From: Acidimicrobiia bacterium
Lineage (GTDB): Bacteria > Actinomycetota > Acidimicrobiia > Spongiisociales > ZC4RG35
Length of the DNA stretch: 64,000 nt
Assembly: GCA_965209025.1 (NCBI GenBank)
Contig: OZ242375.1
Coordinates: 2,056,910 to 2,120,909 of the forward strand
Reading direction: 5' to 3'
In this document: piece by piece, positions 1-9,389 of the stretch
How the letters are laid out: each line of letters begins with the position of its first letter
How positions within the stretch are numbered: position 1 is the stretch's first letter
The notes under the pieces: model-generated
What the model saw: only the letters and a program-made list of their open reading frames with translations
Told to the model about the DNA's origin: nothing
Database searches by the model: none
Position numbers and translations under genes: made by a program

Positions 1-1
1 T

Positions 2-2965
2 CCTCCTCCCTTGCTGGAGGACCTGCTGTCTTCACACCCTGACGACGCATCCGATGACGCTGTCTCCTCGGAGGATCTGCTGACCCTGCTGAGAAGCGCG
101 CCGACAATAGAGCCAGAAGAAGTGTTCGTGTCCTTTCTGCAGCAGGAGGTGCAAGCGGTGCTCAGGTTGCCCAAGGCGCCCTCACCGACGGTTGGTTTCT
201 TCGACCTGGGAATGGACTCGCTGATGGCCGTGGAGTTACGGAACCGCCTGAACCGCGCCTTTGCCGGTGAATACGTGGCGTCCAACACCGTCGTCTTCGA
301 CTACCCGGACATAGCCGCCATGGCAGGGCACCTGGCTTCGGAACTCGGCCAACCCGGCGAGGTCCGGTCATCGCCCGAGCAACCGGTCTCCGAGCAACCC
401 CCTGCGACCGCTGTCGACGACGATGGCATTGCGGTGGTGGGTATGGCCTGCAAATTCCCGGGAGCGGACAACCTGGAGGCATTCTGGGATCTCTTGGACG
501 CCGGCGCTGACTCCGTCACCGACGGCCGGCGGGACGCCGGAGCATGGGACGGCGTGGTGGGGGATCCCGAGGCTGCCGATGTCGCCTACCGGCGGGGTGC
601 CTTCGTAGACGGGATTGACCGGTTCGATTCCAGGTTCTTCCGGATCTCCCCGATCGAGGCGCAGTTGATGGATCCCCAGCAGCGGATACTGCTCGAGACG
701 AGTTGGCTGGCCCTCGAAGACGCGGGGTTCGGTCCCGACAGTCTGAGGGGTAGCCGCACCGGGGTGTATGCGGGGGTCGGCAGCGCCGAATACCGGGACT
801 TGATCGAGGCCGCCAACAGGGCGGACAGCTACCTGGGCACGACCGGGAGCGTCGCGGTCGGCCGAGTGGCTTTCGCACTGGGCCTGGAAGGACCCGCGAT
901 GCCGGTTGACCTGGCCTGCGCGTCGTCGTTGGCTGCGGTCCATCAGGCGGTGGTGGGCTTGCAGCGCGGCGAGGTGGATCTGGCTCTGGCGGGAGGAGTG
1001 AATGTGGTGCTCTCTCCTTCGGTGTCCAGATTCATGATGGATATCGGTATGTTGTCGCCGACCGGGCATTGCAGTCCTTTTGACGCTTCCGCCGATGGAT
1101 ATGTACGAGGCGAAGGCTGCGGCATGGTGGTGTTGAAGCGATTGAGGGAGGCCGAGGCCGACGGCGACCGGATATGGGCCGTCATACGAGGGTCTGCGGT
1201 CAACCAGAACGGGGCCAGCGCCGGTCTGACCGTGCCGAACGGCCCGGCCCAGGAACGGGTGATGAGGGAAGCCTTGCTGCAAGCCGGTGTGGCGGGGTCC
1301 CGGGTCGATTACCTGGAGGCGCACGCCACCGGCTCGCAGTTGGGCGATCCCATCGAGTTGAATGCAGCCGCGGCGGTATACGGCGACGGGCGGTTGGAGG
1401 AACGTCCGCTGCTGGTCGGATCGGTCAAGTCCAACATCGGGCACATTGAATGGGCGGCGGGAATCGCGGCCTTTATCAAGACCGTCCTCGCCATGAACGA
1501 GGGCAGGATCCCCAGCCACCTGCACTTCCGGGATCCCAATCCGCATGTCGACTGGGACCGGATCCCGGTGCGAGTGACGTCCGAGGGAACACAGTGGCCT
1601 TCTGACCCCGGCGGACTTCCCCTGGCGGGGATCAATGCGTTCGGGCTCTCCGGGGCCAACGCCCATGTTCTGGTCGAGGGCTACCGGCCGGTGGGGAATG
1701 GCGCGATGGCCGGCGGCGGAGCCGACCCGGTGGCGGGCGGCGCCCTGGCGGTACCGGTATCGTTCCCTCAGGGGGTTGACGGCTCTTCGACATCAGAAGA
1801 GCCCCCGGCGCGTGGCGTTCGCCTCTTGCCCCTGTCCGGGAAGTCGGCGGGGGCGCTCCGAGATCTGGCGGATCGTTACCTCTCCTGGCTCGATGGCGAG
1901 GACGGCGCGCCCTCCGATGCGTACCTGTCCGATCTGGCCTGGACTGCGGGAGTGGGCCGGAGCCATTTCCCTCACCGCGCCGGGATTCTGTTCCGCAATC
2001 TCCCCGAACTGCGTCATGAACTGCGGACGGTGTCGGAGACCTATGAGTTCCCCGATTGGGAGACGCCTGAGGGAGCGAGCAGGGTGGCATTTCTCTATCC
2101 GGGTGCTGAGGGCTTTTCACGCGCAGTGGGGGAAGCGGTCTATAGCAGCGAGCCGGTGGCCCGGGCGGTGTTGGACCGCTGCGACGAGGTGATGCGCCAG
2201 CAGCGGGGGGATTCGCTTCTGGACGCGATGTTCCGTCGTTCGGAGGTCGGGGATCCGGAGGACGCGGCAATGGCCTACCCGGCCGTCTATGCGTTGGGAT
2301 GTGCTCTGACCGCCCAGTGGGCGAGCGTGGGTATCCGTCCCAGCGTGGTGTTCGGGTGTGGCTCGGGAGCGATAGCGGCGGCTCAGGCGGCCGGGGTGTT
2401 CGGGTTGGAGGAAGGCCTTGGACTGGCGGCGGCCCTGGGCGCCCTGCGGAACTCCTCGCCTGATCATGGCGATCGGGTCGTCCTGGAGACGGCGTTCGAG
2501 GGCCTGGCGCCGGCGGCCCCATCCGTACCCCTGCTGAACGGTGTCTCCGGTCGGGTGGTGGAATCGTCGGACGACCTGGATTCCGACTACTGGTTGTCCC
2601 AGGTCCAGGGTTCTCCCGATGTCCGGGGCTGGGGGGAAACCCTGGCCGGCCTCGGGGTGGACGCCATAGTGGTCGCAGGTCCCGAGTCGCGGATCGGGGA
2701 GGAGCTTCGCAGCCGCCGGCCCGGTTCTCAGGAGACCCCGGTGGTACTCCCCACCTTGGTGACTCCATCAGTCAATGGGGAGGCGCCGGACTCGGGTCCA
2801 GGAATTGTCGAAGCGGTGGCTGGCGCGTATCGGGCGGGGCTGGACATTTCATTCGGCGGTTTGTTCGCAGGTGAGGTCCGGCGTCGAGTGGCTCTCCCGG
2901 GCTATCCCTTCCAACGGCGGCGGCACTGGATACGGTCTCCGGGCGACGGCGCCAAGGCCCCCTAA
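2..2965 (+). CDS. Type I polyketide synthase, C-terminal part (5'-truncated by window edge): ACP - KS - degenerate AT
   Basis: The frame is open from the first base of the window. There is an ACP motif (LGMDSLMAVELRNRL). The KS domain has an intact Cys/His/His triad (DLACASSLAA, EAHATGSQLGDP, NIGHIEW). An AT-like domain ends with the post-AT linker (DYWLSQVQGSPDVRGW ... GYPFQRRRHW) but reads GCGSG where GHSxG is expected. Confidence 0.85.
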   Translation, partial: PPPLLEDLLSSHPDDASDDAVSSEDLLTLLRSAPTIEPEEVFVSFLQQEVQAVLRLPKAPSPTVGFFDLGMDSLMAVELRNRLNRAFAGEYVASNTVVFDYPDIAAMAGHLASELGQPGEVRSSPEQPVSEQPPATAVDDDGIAVVGMACKFPGADNLEAFWDLLDAGADSVTDGRRDAGAWDGVVGDPEAADVAYRRGAFVDGIDRFDSRFFRISPIEAQLMDPQQRILLETSWLALEDAGFGPDSLRGSRTGVYAGVGSAEYRDLIEAANRADSYLGTTGSVAVGRVAFALGLEGPAMPVDLACASSLAAVHQAVVGLQRGEVDLALAGGVNVVLSPSVSRFMMDIGMLSPTGHCSPFDASADGYVRGEGCGMVVLKRLREAEADGDRIWAVIRGSAVNQNGASAGLTVPNGPAQERVMREALLQAGVAGSRVDYLEAHATGSQLGDPIELNAAAAVYGDGRLEERPLLVGSVKSNIGHIEWAAGIAAFIKTVLAMNEGRIPSHLHFRDPNPHVDWDRIPVRVTSEGTQWPSDPGGLPLAGINAFGLSGANAHVLVEGYRPVGNGAMAGGGADPVAGGALAVPVSFPQGVDGSSTSEEPPARGVRLLPLSGKSAGALRDLADRYLSWLDGEDGAPSDAYLSDLAWTAGVGRSHFPHRAGILFRNLPELRHELRTVSETYEFPDWETPEGASRVAFLYPGAEGFSRAVGEAVYSSEPVARAVLDRCDEVMRQQRGDSLLDAMFRRSEVGDPEDAAMAYPAVYALGCALTAQWASVGIRPSVVFGCGSGAIAAAQAAGVFGLEEGLGLAAALGALRNSSPDHGDRVVLETAFEGLAPAAPSVPLLNGVSGRVVESSDDLDSDYWLSQVQGSPDVRGWGETLAGLGVDAIVVAGPESRIGEELRSRRPGSQETPVVLPTLVTPSVNGEAPDSGPGIVEAVAGAYRAGLDISFGGLFAGEVRRRVALPGYPFQRRRHWIRSPGDGAKAP

Positions 2966-3116
2966 CCGGAGGCGCCGCCTGCCTGACCCCGGTCCATCCG
3001 CGGTCACGGACAAGGCTCTTTGGGCACCTCCGATTCTCTATTATGATGGGTTGTGTTTGACGCGGTCTTCGTGACAGTGTTGAAAACGGATGTAGACCTC
3101 AAGACAGGAGAAACGC

Positions 3117-3362
3117 ATGTCTTCCACCGAAGAGAGGATCAGGGCACTGGTCGACGAGAATCTGGAGATCGAAGGTCGCCCCCCCGGTCGCCCGCTGGAT
3201 CTCGATTCGAGCCTCCGGGATTCCGGGGTGTCGTCGCTGGACTTTGTGGCGTTCGCCAAGTTGGTGGCCCAGGAGTTTGGCATGGACGTCAGCATGGAGG
3301 AGTGCGCAAGCATCAATTCGGTTGGGGAACTCATAACGTTCCTGGACTCCAAAGCCGCCTGA
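3117..3362 (+). CDS. Discrete acyl carrier protein (81 aa)
   Basis: The sequence ...LDLDSSLRDSGVSSLDFVAFAKLV has the DSxxSxL phosphopantetheine-attachment signature. A GGAG-type RBS (caggagaaacgcATG) precedes it. It lies between the PKS and the PPTase. Confidence 0.75.
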   Translation: MSSTEERIRALVDENLEIEGRPPGRPLDLDSSLRDSGVSSLDFVAFAKLVAQEFGMDVSMEECASINSVGELITFLDSKAA

Positions 3363-3415
3363 TCTTCTAACTTCGGCCGGACCGCCTTCGGTCCGCCTTT
3401 TGACATTGGTGCCTG

Positions 3416-4186
3416 ATGACCGCAAATCCGCAAGGTGGTCCAAGGGCAGGAGACGGCCTCCGATGGTGGAGGTCCTTCCGGTCGTCCGGTCCGGTTGAGG
3501 TTTTTCGCGTTGACCTGACCCCGCACTCGGGGCGTGAAGCCGCGGCTTGGAGCCTGCTTGATGCGGCTGAGCGGCGGCGTTGCCGCAGGTTTCTTTACCC
3601 GGCTCCGCGCCGCCAGTTCGTCCTGAGCCGGGCCGCGCTCCGGGCCGTGCTTTGTGTGGGTCTGGGTTGCGACAATGGAGAACTCGCATTCGAGTCTTCC
3701 AGGTACGGCAAGCCGATTCCCCTGGTCGGCGGCGATCGCGTGACCATGCATTGCAACATCAGCCACAGCGGCAGCAATGGGTTGGTGGCGCTCTCCCATC
3801 GGGGGAGGGTGGGTGTCGATGTGGAAGAGCGAAGACCTCGGAAGAACCTGGAAGAGCTGGTGGAAACGGTCTTTGGCCCCGAAGAACAGGCGCTCCTTAC
3901 CAGACTGCAAGGCAGGAGGTGGCTGGATACGTTTCTCCTCTTTTGGACTGCCAAGGAAGCCTTGGCCAAAGCCTGGGGCATGGGCCTTCGGACGGACTTC
4001 TCAACGTTTCAGGTGCCTTCCGAGATGCTCCGCGGGGAGCGAGCCGGCCTTTTCCGATGCCCACGCATATCGAAGGCCACATGGCGGTTGGAAGACATCG
4101 GGTGTGACGATTTGGCGGCGGCGGTGGCCTATGAAAGCGATACGGAAGCAGACGCCGAGGCTGCTGTGGACACCGGGGTTCATTGA
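3416..4186 (+). CDS. Sfp-type 4'-phosphopantetheinyl transferase
   Basis: PPTase motifs VGVDVEE and FWTAKEALAKAWG (W/FxxKEA) are present. The protein is about 256 aa, the usual size. Confidence 0.8.
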   Translation: MTANPQGGPRAGDGLRWWRSFRSSGPVEVFRVDLTPHSGREAAAWSLLDAAERRRCRRFLYPAPRRQFVLSRAALRAVLCVGLGCDNGELAFESSRYGKPIPLVGGDRVTMHCNISHSGSNGLVALSHRGRVGVDVEERRPRKNLEELVETVFGPEEQALLTRLQGRRWLDTFLLFWTAKEALAKAWGMGLRTDFSTFQVPSEMLRGERAGLFRCPRISKATWRLEDIGCDDLAAAVAYESDTEADAEAAVDTGVH

Positions 4187-4303
4187 CAGCCGCTTGGACC
4201 TGACGCTCGCTAGGTCAAGGAATCCTGATCGAAGATTATGGCCCCGACCCGGCGTTGTAGGGATATAGTAGTAGGTACTATTCGTCACTCCCTTTGAGAT
4301 CAC

Positions 4304-6415
4304 ATGCGTCAAATAGGTGCTCAACCTAAGAGACTTCGCTCCACGAATCAGTGGGGGCATGGTTCCCAGAGAACCTTGGTCTTAGTGGTGTCGTTGGTGC
4401 TCTTCTGGTCTTTCCCGGCGCACATGACCGGCCAGGCCAACGGCTCCTACCCGGATACGGACCCCAATGCGTATTACTCCCCAGCTGTGGATGCTCTCGC
4501 CGGGCTTGGGGTGTTTGAAGGAACCGGATGCGACAGCGGCTTCTGTCCCGACGACCCCATAGATCGCGCCACCATGGCGGTGTGGTTGGTGCGGGTCCTC
4601 GACGGCCACGACCCACAAGCCGTGGTCCGCACCCGCTTCTCAGATGTGAGCGGCCAACATCCGTGGGCACCTCACATTGAACGACTGGCCGAGTTGGAAG
4701 TCACCAAAGGATGCGAAGACGGCACCGCATTCTGCCCTGATGCGGCGGTGAGCCGCGCTGAGATGGCTACATTCCTGTCGCGTGCCCGCAATCTGCCGGA
4801 CGGCCCCGCGCCGGACTTCACCGACGTGCCCACGGGCGCCTGGTACGCACAGCACGTAACAAGGCTGGCTGCAGCGGGCATCACGTCGGGATGTGGGGAC
4901 GGAACCCGGTTCTGCCCTGGACAAGATACAACGCGGGCCCAAATGGCCACCTTCTTGGCCAGGGCGCTCGGTCTCGTCGGGGACACGGTTGTTTCGGACT
5001 GGGCCGCGCTGGTTGCCCTCTACAACGCCACAGACGGCCCCAACTGGTACATCGACGTCAACTGGTTGAGCCATCGGCCACTCGAAGAGTGGTATGGAGT
5101 AACTGTCGACAGTCGAACCGGCCGCGTCACCCATCTCGATCTGACCAACAACAATTTGAAGTGGGAGATAAGGTCCGGACTCAGCGGCCTTGACGCCCTT
5201 GAAAGCCTGGTTCTCGTCAGGAACGAGATAACCGACTTGTCGGCTTTGGCAGACCTTGAAAGCCTTCGTGTCCTCATACTAGACAACAACCCCTTCTCCG
5301 ACGTCTCAGCGCTTTCAGGTCTGGAGCAGCTCGAGACACTGTATTTGTCCTGGTCTGGCGTGAGGGACATCTCCCCTCTCCTAGCGCTTCCTAATCTACG
5401 TCAGTTGAGCATATGGCAGGTTCCTCTTGGCGGCCCAACTAACGAAACTCACATTCGCGTCCTCCGATCAAAGGGTGTTCATGTAACCAACCAAGCCCCC
5501 TATGACACTACCGTGGCTTTTACTGTTGCGGATGGTCCACAAGTGTGGGATGACAATCTGTTCATCCTGCCCGTGCGATTCGCAGATCTTCGGAACCTCT
5601 TTTCCCACGCCAAGAGCTTCTATAACTACTTTGAGGACGAGTTCGATTTCCTGATGGTCATTGCCCCTGGATACTCACAGCCGCCACATGATCCTCACGC
5701 CTTCTATTTCCGTATAGCCAACGATGTGCAAGGCATCGGCATTGATACATTTTCCCGGAGTGGTGAGTTCGGATCTGCCGGAAAGTTACAAGGGATGCTG
5801 GCTTTTAGTTTCATCTGGGCCATGCAAAGCACCACGATCTCGCACGAATTGATGCATCGATGGGGCGCCTACGTCCTGCCAGGAAAAATTGGAGATGGCG
5901 CCCACTGGTTTGGCGCGTGCAGTATCAATGGAATCTTGGGATGTTGGTTCGACACGCCGTTTGATGAAATCACGAGCCTCGGGAACGGAAGATACTCAGC
6001 GTTGCCTACTCTGAAAACGGGATATGCACCACTCGAGCTGTACCTTGCAGGTTTTATCCCCGCCGAGGAGGTTCCTGAATGGTGGGTGGCTGCCGATGCG
6101 CAGTGGGTCGAAGTGGGTCGTACATTCACGGCCAGCGAAATAGTGAGGTATAGCGTTGACGATGTCATTGCTGAACATGGGAGGAGGATCCCTGAAGCCT
6201 CCCGGGCTCAGCGCGAGTTTCGAGCGGCAGCGATTCTGCTAGTTGATGAGGACAATCCCGCGACTGTGGGTACGCTGAATTTCCTGAGCAGCGAGATTGC
6301 CAGGTACAGTCACGCTGGATTCGATGAGGATGAAGGGTACAGCAATTTCTACGAAGCAACAGGTGGACGAGCGAAGATAATCATGGATGGCCTGTCACCG
6401 TTACTAAAGGAATAG
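4304..6415 (+). CDS. Secreted multidomain protein: signal peptide, 3 SLH-like repeats, leucine-rich repeats, C-terminal HExxH (putative zinc metallopeptidase) domain
   Basis: N-terminal hydrophobic signal (TLVLVVSLVLFWSFPAHMTGQA). There are three repeats of F.DV...W...LA..GIT.GC.DGT.FCP...TRAQMATFL. The LRR block is LDLTNNNL...LVLVRNEITDLSALADLESLRVLILDNNPFSDVSALSGLEQLETLYL. HELMHRWG lies in the C-terminal third. Confidence 0.7.
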   Translation: MRQIGAQPKRLRSTNQWGHGSQRTLVLVVSLVLFWSFPAHMTGQANGSYPDTDPNAYYSPAVDALAGLGVFEGTGCDSGFCPDDPIDRATMAVWLVRVLDGHDPQAVVRTRFSDVSGQHPWAPHIERLAELEVTKGCEDGTAFCPDAAVSRAEMATFLSRARNLPDGPAPDFTDVPTGAWYAQHVTRLAAAGITSGCGDGTRFCPGQDTTRAQMATFLARALGLVGDTVVSDWAALVALYNATDGPNWYIDVNWLSHRPLEEWYGVTVDSRTGRVTHLDLTNNNLKWEIRSGLSGLDALESLVLVRNEITDLSALADLESLRVLILDNNPFSDVSALSGLEQLETLYLSWSGVRDISPLLALPNLRQLSIWQVPLGGPTNETHIRVLRSKGVHVTNQAPYDTTVAFTVADGPQVWDDNLFILPVRFADLRNLFSHAKSFYNYFEDEFDFLMVIAPGYSQPPHDPHAFYFRIANDVQGIGIDTFSRSGEFGSAGKLQGMLAFSFIWAMQSTTISHELMHRWGAYVLPGKIGDGAHWFGACSINGILGCWFDTPFDEITSLGNGRYSALPTLKTGYAPLELYLAGFIPAEEVPEWWVAADAQWVEVGRTFTASEIVRYSVDDVIAEHGRRIPEASRAQREFRAAAILLVDEDNPATVGTLNFLSSEIARYSHAGFDEDEGYSNFYEATGGRAKIIMDGLSPLLKE

Positions 6416-6695
6416 ATGCATATCAATAGGCCATACGGTTTATAACTGCGACATTGGAGGGTACGGAGCCAAGGATCCGGTTCTTCCAGGTGGGCGAAAA
6501 AGGAGATCGGAAGTCAGGGTCTTGGCCACGGCCGTCGCCTACGACGATGATCCGAAAGCTGATCGGCGTCTTGACCGGTTCCGGGGCACAGTGAGGTTGC
6601 ACCACGGGGACTATCTTTGGTTTCCTGTGTGTTGGCGTCGGGGTCCTGGTTATCTCCGACACCGAGAGGCCACTCAGAGACACAGGCGGTGATCC

Positions 6696-8429
6696 TTGTC
6701 AGCCCAAGTGAACGATGGCATCCGGTACGAACCGGACGAGCGTTGCTCTCCGTGGATGGCGGGTGTGGTGGGGATGCAGGGCGTGATGACGGTGCTGGCC
6801 ATCATCGTGTTGATCACGGCCATCACGGTCCTGGCTGTCGGCCAGGACCCGGACACACTGGAATGGTCGGTCTTCGCAGCTCTGATCGTCTGCGGATTGG
6901 TCTGCGCCTTGCAGACGACCAGGTGGGGACGCCTGGGAGGGGGGCACATCCTGATCACGGGCGTCACGCCCAACTACATACCGGTCTCGGTCCTCGCGCT
7001 GGAGGTCGGCGGGCCCGCCACGCTGGCCGGCCTGGTGGTTCTCTCCGGCCTCTTCTACCTCATAATCGCCAAATGGCTGCCCCTGCTGCGCAAGGTCATC
7101 ACGCCGGTTGTCTCCGGCACGGTGCTGATGTTGCTCGCCACCATGATCCTCCCCTTCCCGATAGATCGCCTCTCCGAAGTGCCGGAGGACGCAACCAGGG
7201 CCAGCGGCCTGGCGGTGGCGGCGGTGACGGTGGCGGCCGTAACGATCCTGTTCCTACGCGCCAAGGGGACCTGGAGACTGTGGTCTCTGCTGCTCGGGAT
7301 TGCGGCCGGGTGCGCGGTTGCCGTGCCGTTCGGGCTTTATGAGTATGAAAAGGTGCTCTCCGCGCCTTGGTTCGGCGTCCCCGACGGCGGGTTGCCCGGA
7401 GTGGACCTCACTCTGAGCCCCGGAGCATGGGCGTTGCTGCCCATGTTTCTCATGGTCACCCTCGTGCAGGCCATCAAGAGCATTGGCGACAACATGGCGG
7501 CCCAACAGGTGTCTTACCGGAGGCGCAGGTCGATCGACTTCCGCGCCATCCAGGGAGCGATTTACGCCAACGGGTTGGGAATAGTGATGTCGGGCGTCGC
7601 AGGGATCCCTCCCACCGCCGCCTATTCCTCATCCACCGTCTCGCTCGTTCACATCACCGGGGTGGCGGCTCGGCGGGTCGGGTACGCGATGGGGGTGATC
7701 CTGGTGGGACTGGCTCTGTTGCCCAAGGCGACGGCCGTTCTGGTCGCCATCCCCAATCCGGTCATGGGGGCGGTCGTGCTCTTCGTGACCGGGACCCTCT
7801 TCATGGAAGGTCTGCGCACCGTCTCCCAGGCCGGTCTCAGTCCGCAGAACGTCGTGATGGTGGGACTGTCGTACGCGGTGGGGGTCGGCATGCTGCAACA
7901 CAATGTCCTGGAGGGAGTCTTGGAGAGTCCCTGGGACCTGCTATTGGGGGACGGCCTCACCCTGGGCGCGGTCACCGCAGTGGGACTGTCACTGTTCCTG
8001 AAGCTGAGCCGTGGCCGGCCCAAACGGCTCCGGACGGCTATGGACGGATCGTCTCTCTCCCTGATCGACGGGTTTCTTCAGGACTTGGCCCGCCAGAAGG
8101 GTTGGGACGCTCCTTCAACCCGGCGGCTGTGTTCGGCGGGGGAAGAAGCCTTAGCCAGCCTGTTGGCGCCCTCCAACCGGTACCAGGACGGCAAGACGCC
8201 GCGGCTGATCCTTTTGGCCTACCCCGAAGGGGGAGCCATTGAACTGGAGTTCCTCACGGTTGTGGAGGAAGAGAACCTCCAAGACCGGTTGGCATATCTC
8301 GATGACGAGCTTCAGACATGGGACGAGAGGGAACTCTCTTTTCGGCTCCTGCGCCACTATGCCTCCGACGTCCGGCACCAGAAGTATCACGGGATGGACA
8401 TCATCACCGTGAGAGTGGAGGGTTCCTGA
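6696..8429 (+). CDS. NCS2-family nucleobase:cation symporter with ~150-aa C-terminal cytoplasmic extension
   Basis: Multiple TM helices. The NCS2 signature IPNPVMGAVVLFVTGTLFMEG matches the xanthine/uracil permease motif. Residues from about 430 to 577 are hydrophilic, not TM. The actual start may be the internal ATG at 6756, because the track start is TTG. Confidence 0.7.
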   Translation: MSAQVNDGIRYEPDERCSPWMAGVVGMQGVMTVLAIIVLITAITVLAVGQDPDTLEWSVFAALIVCGLVCALQTTRWGRLGGGHILITGVTPNYIPVSVLALEVGGPATLAGLVVLSGLFYLIIAKWLPLLRKVITPVVSGTVLMLLATMILPFPIDRLSEVPEDATRASGLAVAAVTVAAVTILFLRAKGTWRLWSLLLGIAAGCAVAVPFGLYEYEKVLSAPWFGVPDGGLPGVDLTLSPGAWALLPMFLMVTLVQAIKSIGDNMAAQQVSYRRRRSIDFRAIQGAIYANGLGIVMSGVAGIPPTAAYSSSTVSLVHITGVAARRVGYAMGVILVGLALLPKATAVLVAIPNPVMGAVVLFVTGTLFMEGLRTVSQAGLSPQNVVMVGLSYAVGVGMLQHNVLEGVLESPWDLLLGDGLTLGAVTAVGLSLFLKLSRGRPKRLRTAMDGSSLSLIDGFLQDLARQKGWDAPSTRRLCSAGEEALASLLAPSNRYQDGKTPRLILLAYPEGGAIELEFLTVVEEENLQDRLAYLDDELQTWDERELSFRLLRHYASDVRHQKYHGMDIITVRVEGS

Positions 8430-8472
8430 CACCGAAGCTCCGGTTCCCCTGACCTTCGGATCGGGCGAGGTG

Positions 8473-9321
8473 TCAGCCTTCCAGGATGTCGTCGACGAAC
8501 TCCCGCACCGCCGCGGCGCATTCCTCAGGTTCTTCGAGTTGAAGGAAGTGGGTGGCTTCCGGTAGGAAGTCATAATCGACGGTCAGGATGTCGCTCAGAT
8601 CGAGAGTGGGGAGGTAGGAGAAGGGAAGCGTGGGATCTGCGCCCATGACCTTGGTTGGCGACGCCAGGGTGTCGAAGTCAACCATCACCGAGAAGACGCC
8701 TGCGTACTCGACGATCCGGGCCTCGTATTCCTTGGGACACCTCAATTCATAGCCCTGCCGACCCTCGCTTTCACGCAGGGTCGTCCTGGCCATCAGGTCG
8801 AGCACGCCAGGGACTACGCGAGAGAACAACGGGACGAATCCGAGGAGGAAGGAGAAGTCCTCTGGGGTGGAAAACCGCTCCGCGCGCCGCCGCGTCAACG
8901 TGGCGGTCCGGGTGGCGGCCTCCTCCATCTGCTGGTAGCTTCTGCCCGGCTTGCACAGGGGGGGATCGAACAGGAAGCGCCCCACAAACCCGCTTCCCCT
9001 GGTGGGCGACAGTAGCGAGATCAGGGCCGAGATCGAATGGAAAACGCCAATCTTCGGCTTGTCGCCGAAGTACTGGTCGATGGCCTCCATTGTGCGATCG
9101 TGGTCATCGACGAAGGTCGGCATGTTGTGCGTTTCGAGGGGGCTGACCTCGTTCCAACCATGGTCTCTGAGGTCGTAGACAATCAGGTCGTAATCGTCGA
9201 CCAATAGAGACCAGAACGGGTAGTAGAGATCTATGGCCAAGCCGTTGCCGTGAGTGAGAACCAACCTGGGTCCATCCGGGTTCCCATGACGGCGCAACGC
9301 AATCTTGGTCCCGTCTCCCAT
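8473..9321 (-). CDS. Alpha/beta-fold hydrolase
   Basis: THGNGL ... GVFHSISALI resembles a nucleophile elbow; the fold is about 280 aa. The start was set at the first ATG that does not overlap sdhB. No clear SD sequence is present. Confidence 0.55.
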   Translation of the reverse strand: MGDGTKIALRRHGNPDGPRLVLTHGNGLAIDLYYPFWSLLVDDYDLIVYDLRDHGWNEVSPLETHNMPTFVDDHDRTMEAIDQYFGDKPKIGVFHSISALISLLSPTRGSGFVGRFLFDPPLCKPGRSYQQMEEAATRTATLTRRRAERFSTPEDFSFLLGFVPLFSRVVPGVLDLMARTTLRESEGRQGYELRCPKEYEARIVEYAGVFSVMVDFDTLASPTKVMGADPTLPFSYLPTLDLSDILTVDYDFLPEATHFLQLEEPEECAAAVREFVDDILEG

Positions 9322-9389
9322 TAACGCCTGGCGTGTGGCGGAGGGTTCGGGAATCTCCCACGTGGCTTCCTGAGCAGTCAAGGTCTTAG

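Noticed and set aside
162-2768. Large antisense and alternate-frame ORFs across the PKS gene (e.g. 368-1666 minus 432 aa, 1632-2768 minus 378 aa, 516-878 minus)
   Set aside because: Their translations are Arg/Pro/Gly-rich low-complexity strings typical of out-of-frame reading of high-GC coding DNA. The plus-frame PKS domains are unambiguous.
6416-6470. Possible purine riboswitch upstream of the NCS2 permease (AT-richer segment with UAUAA / CCAUACGG elements)
   Set aside because: I could not align the conserved purine-riboswitch elements (GGAUAUGG, GUUUCUACC, CCGUAAAU) in either orientation. The order and spacing do not fit.
7367-8242. Out-of-frame 291-aa ORF and several others inside the NCS2 permease gene
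   Set aside because: Low-complexity Arg/Gly/Pro translations with no TM helices or motifs. These are shadow ORFs.
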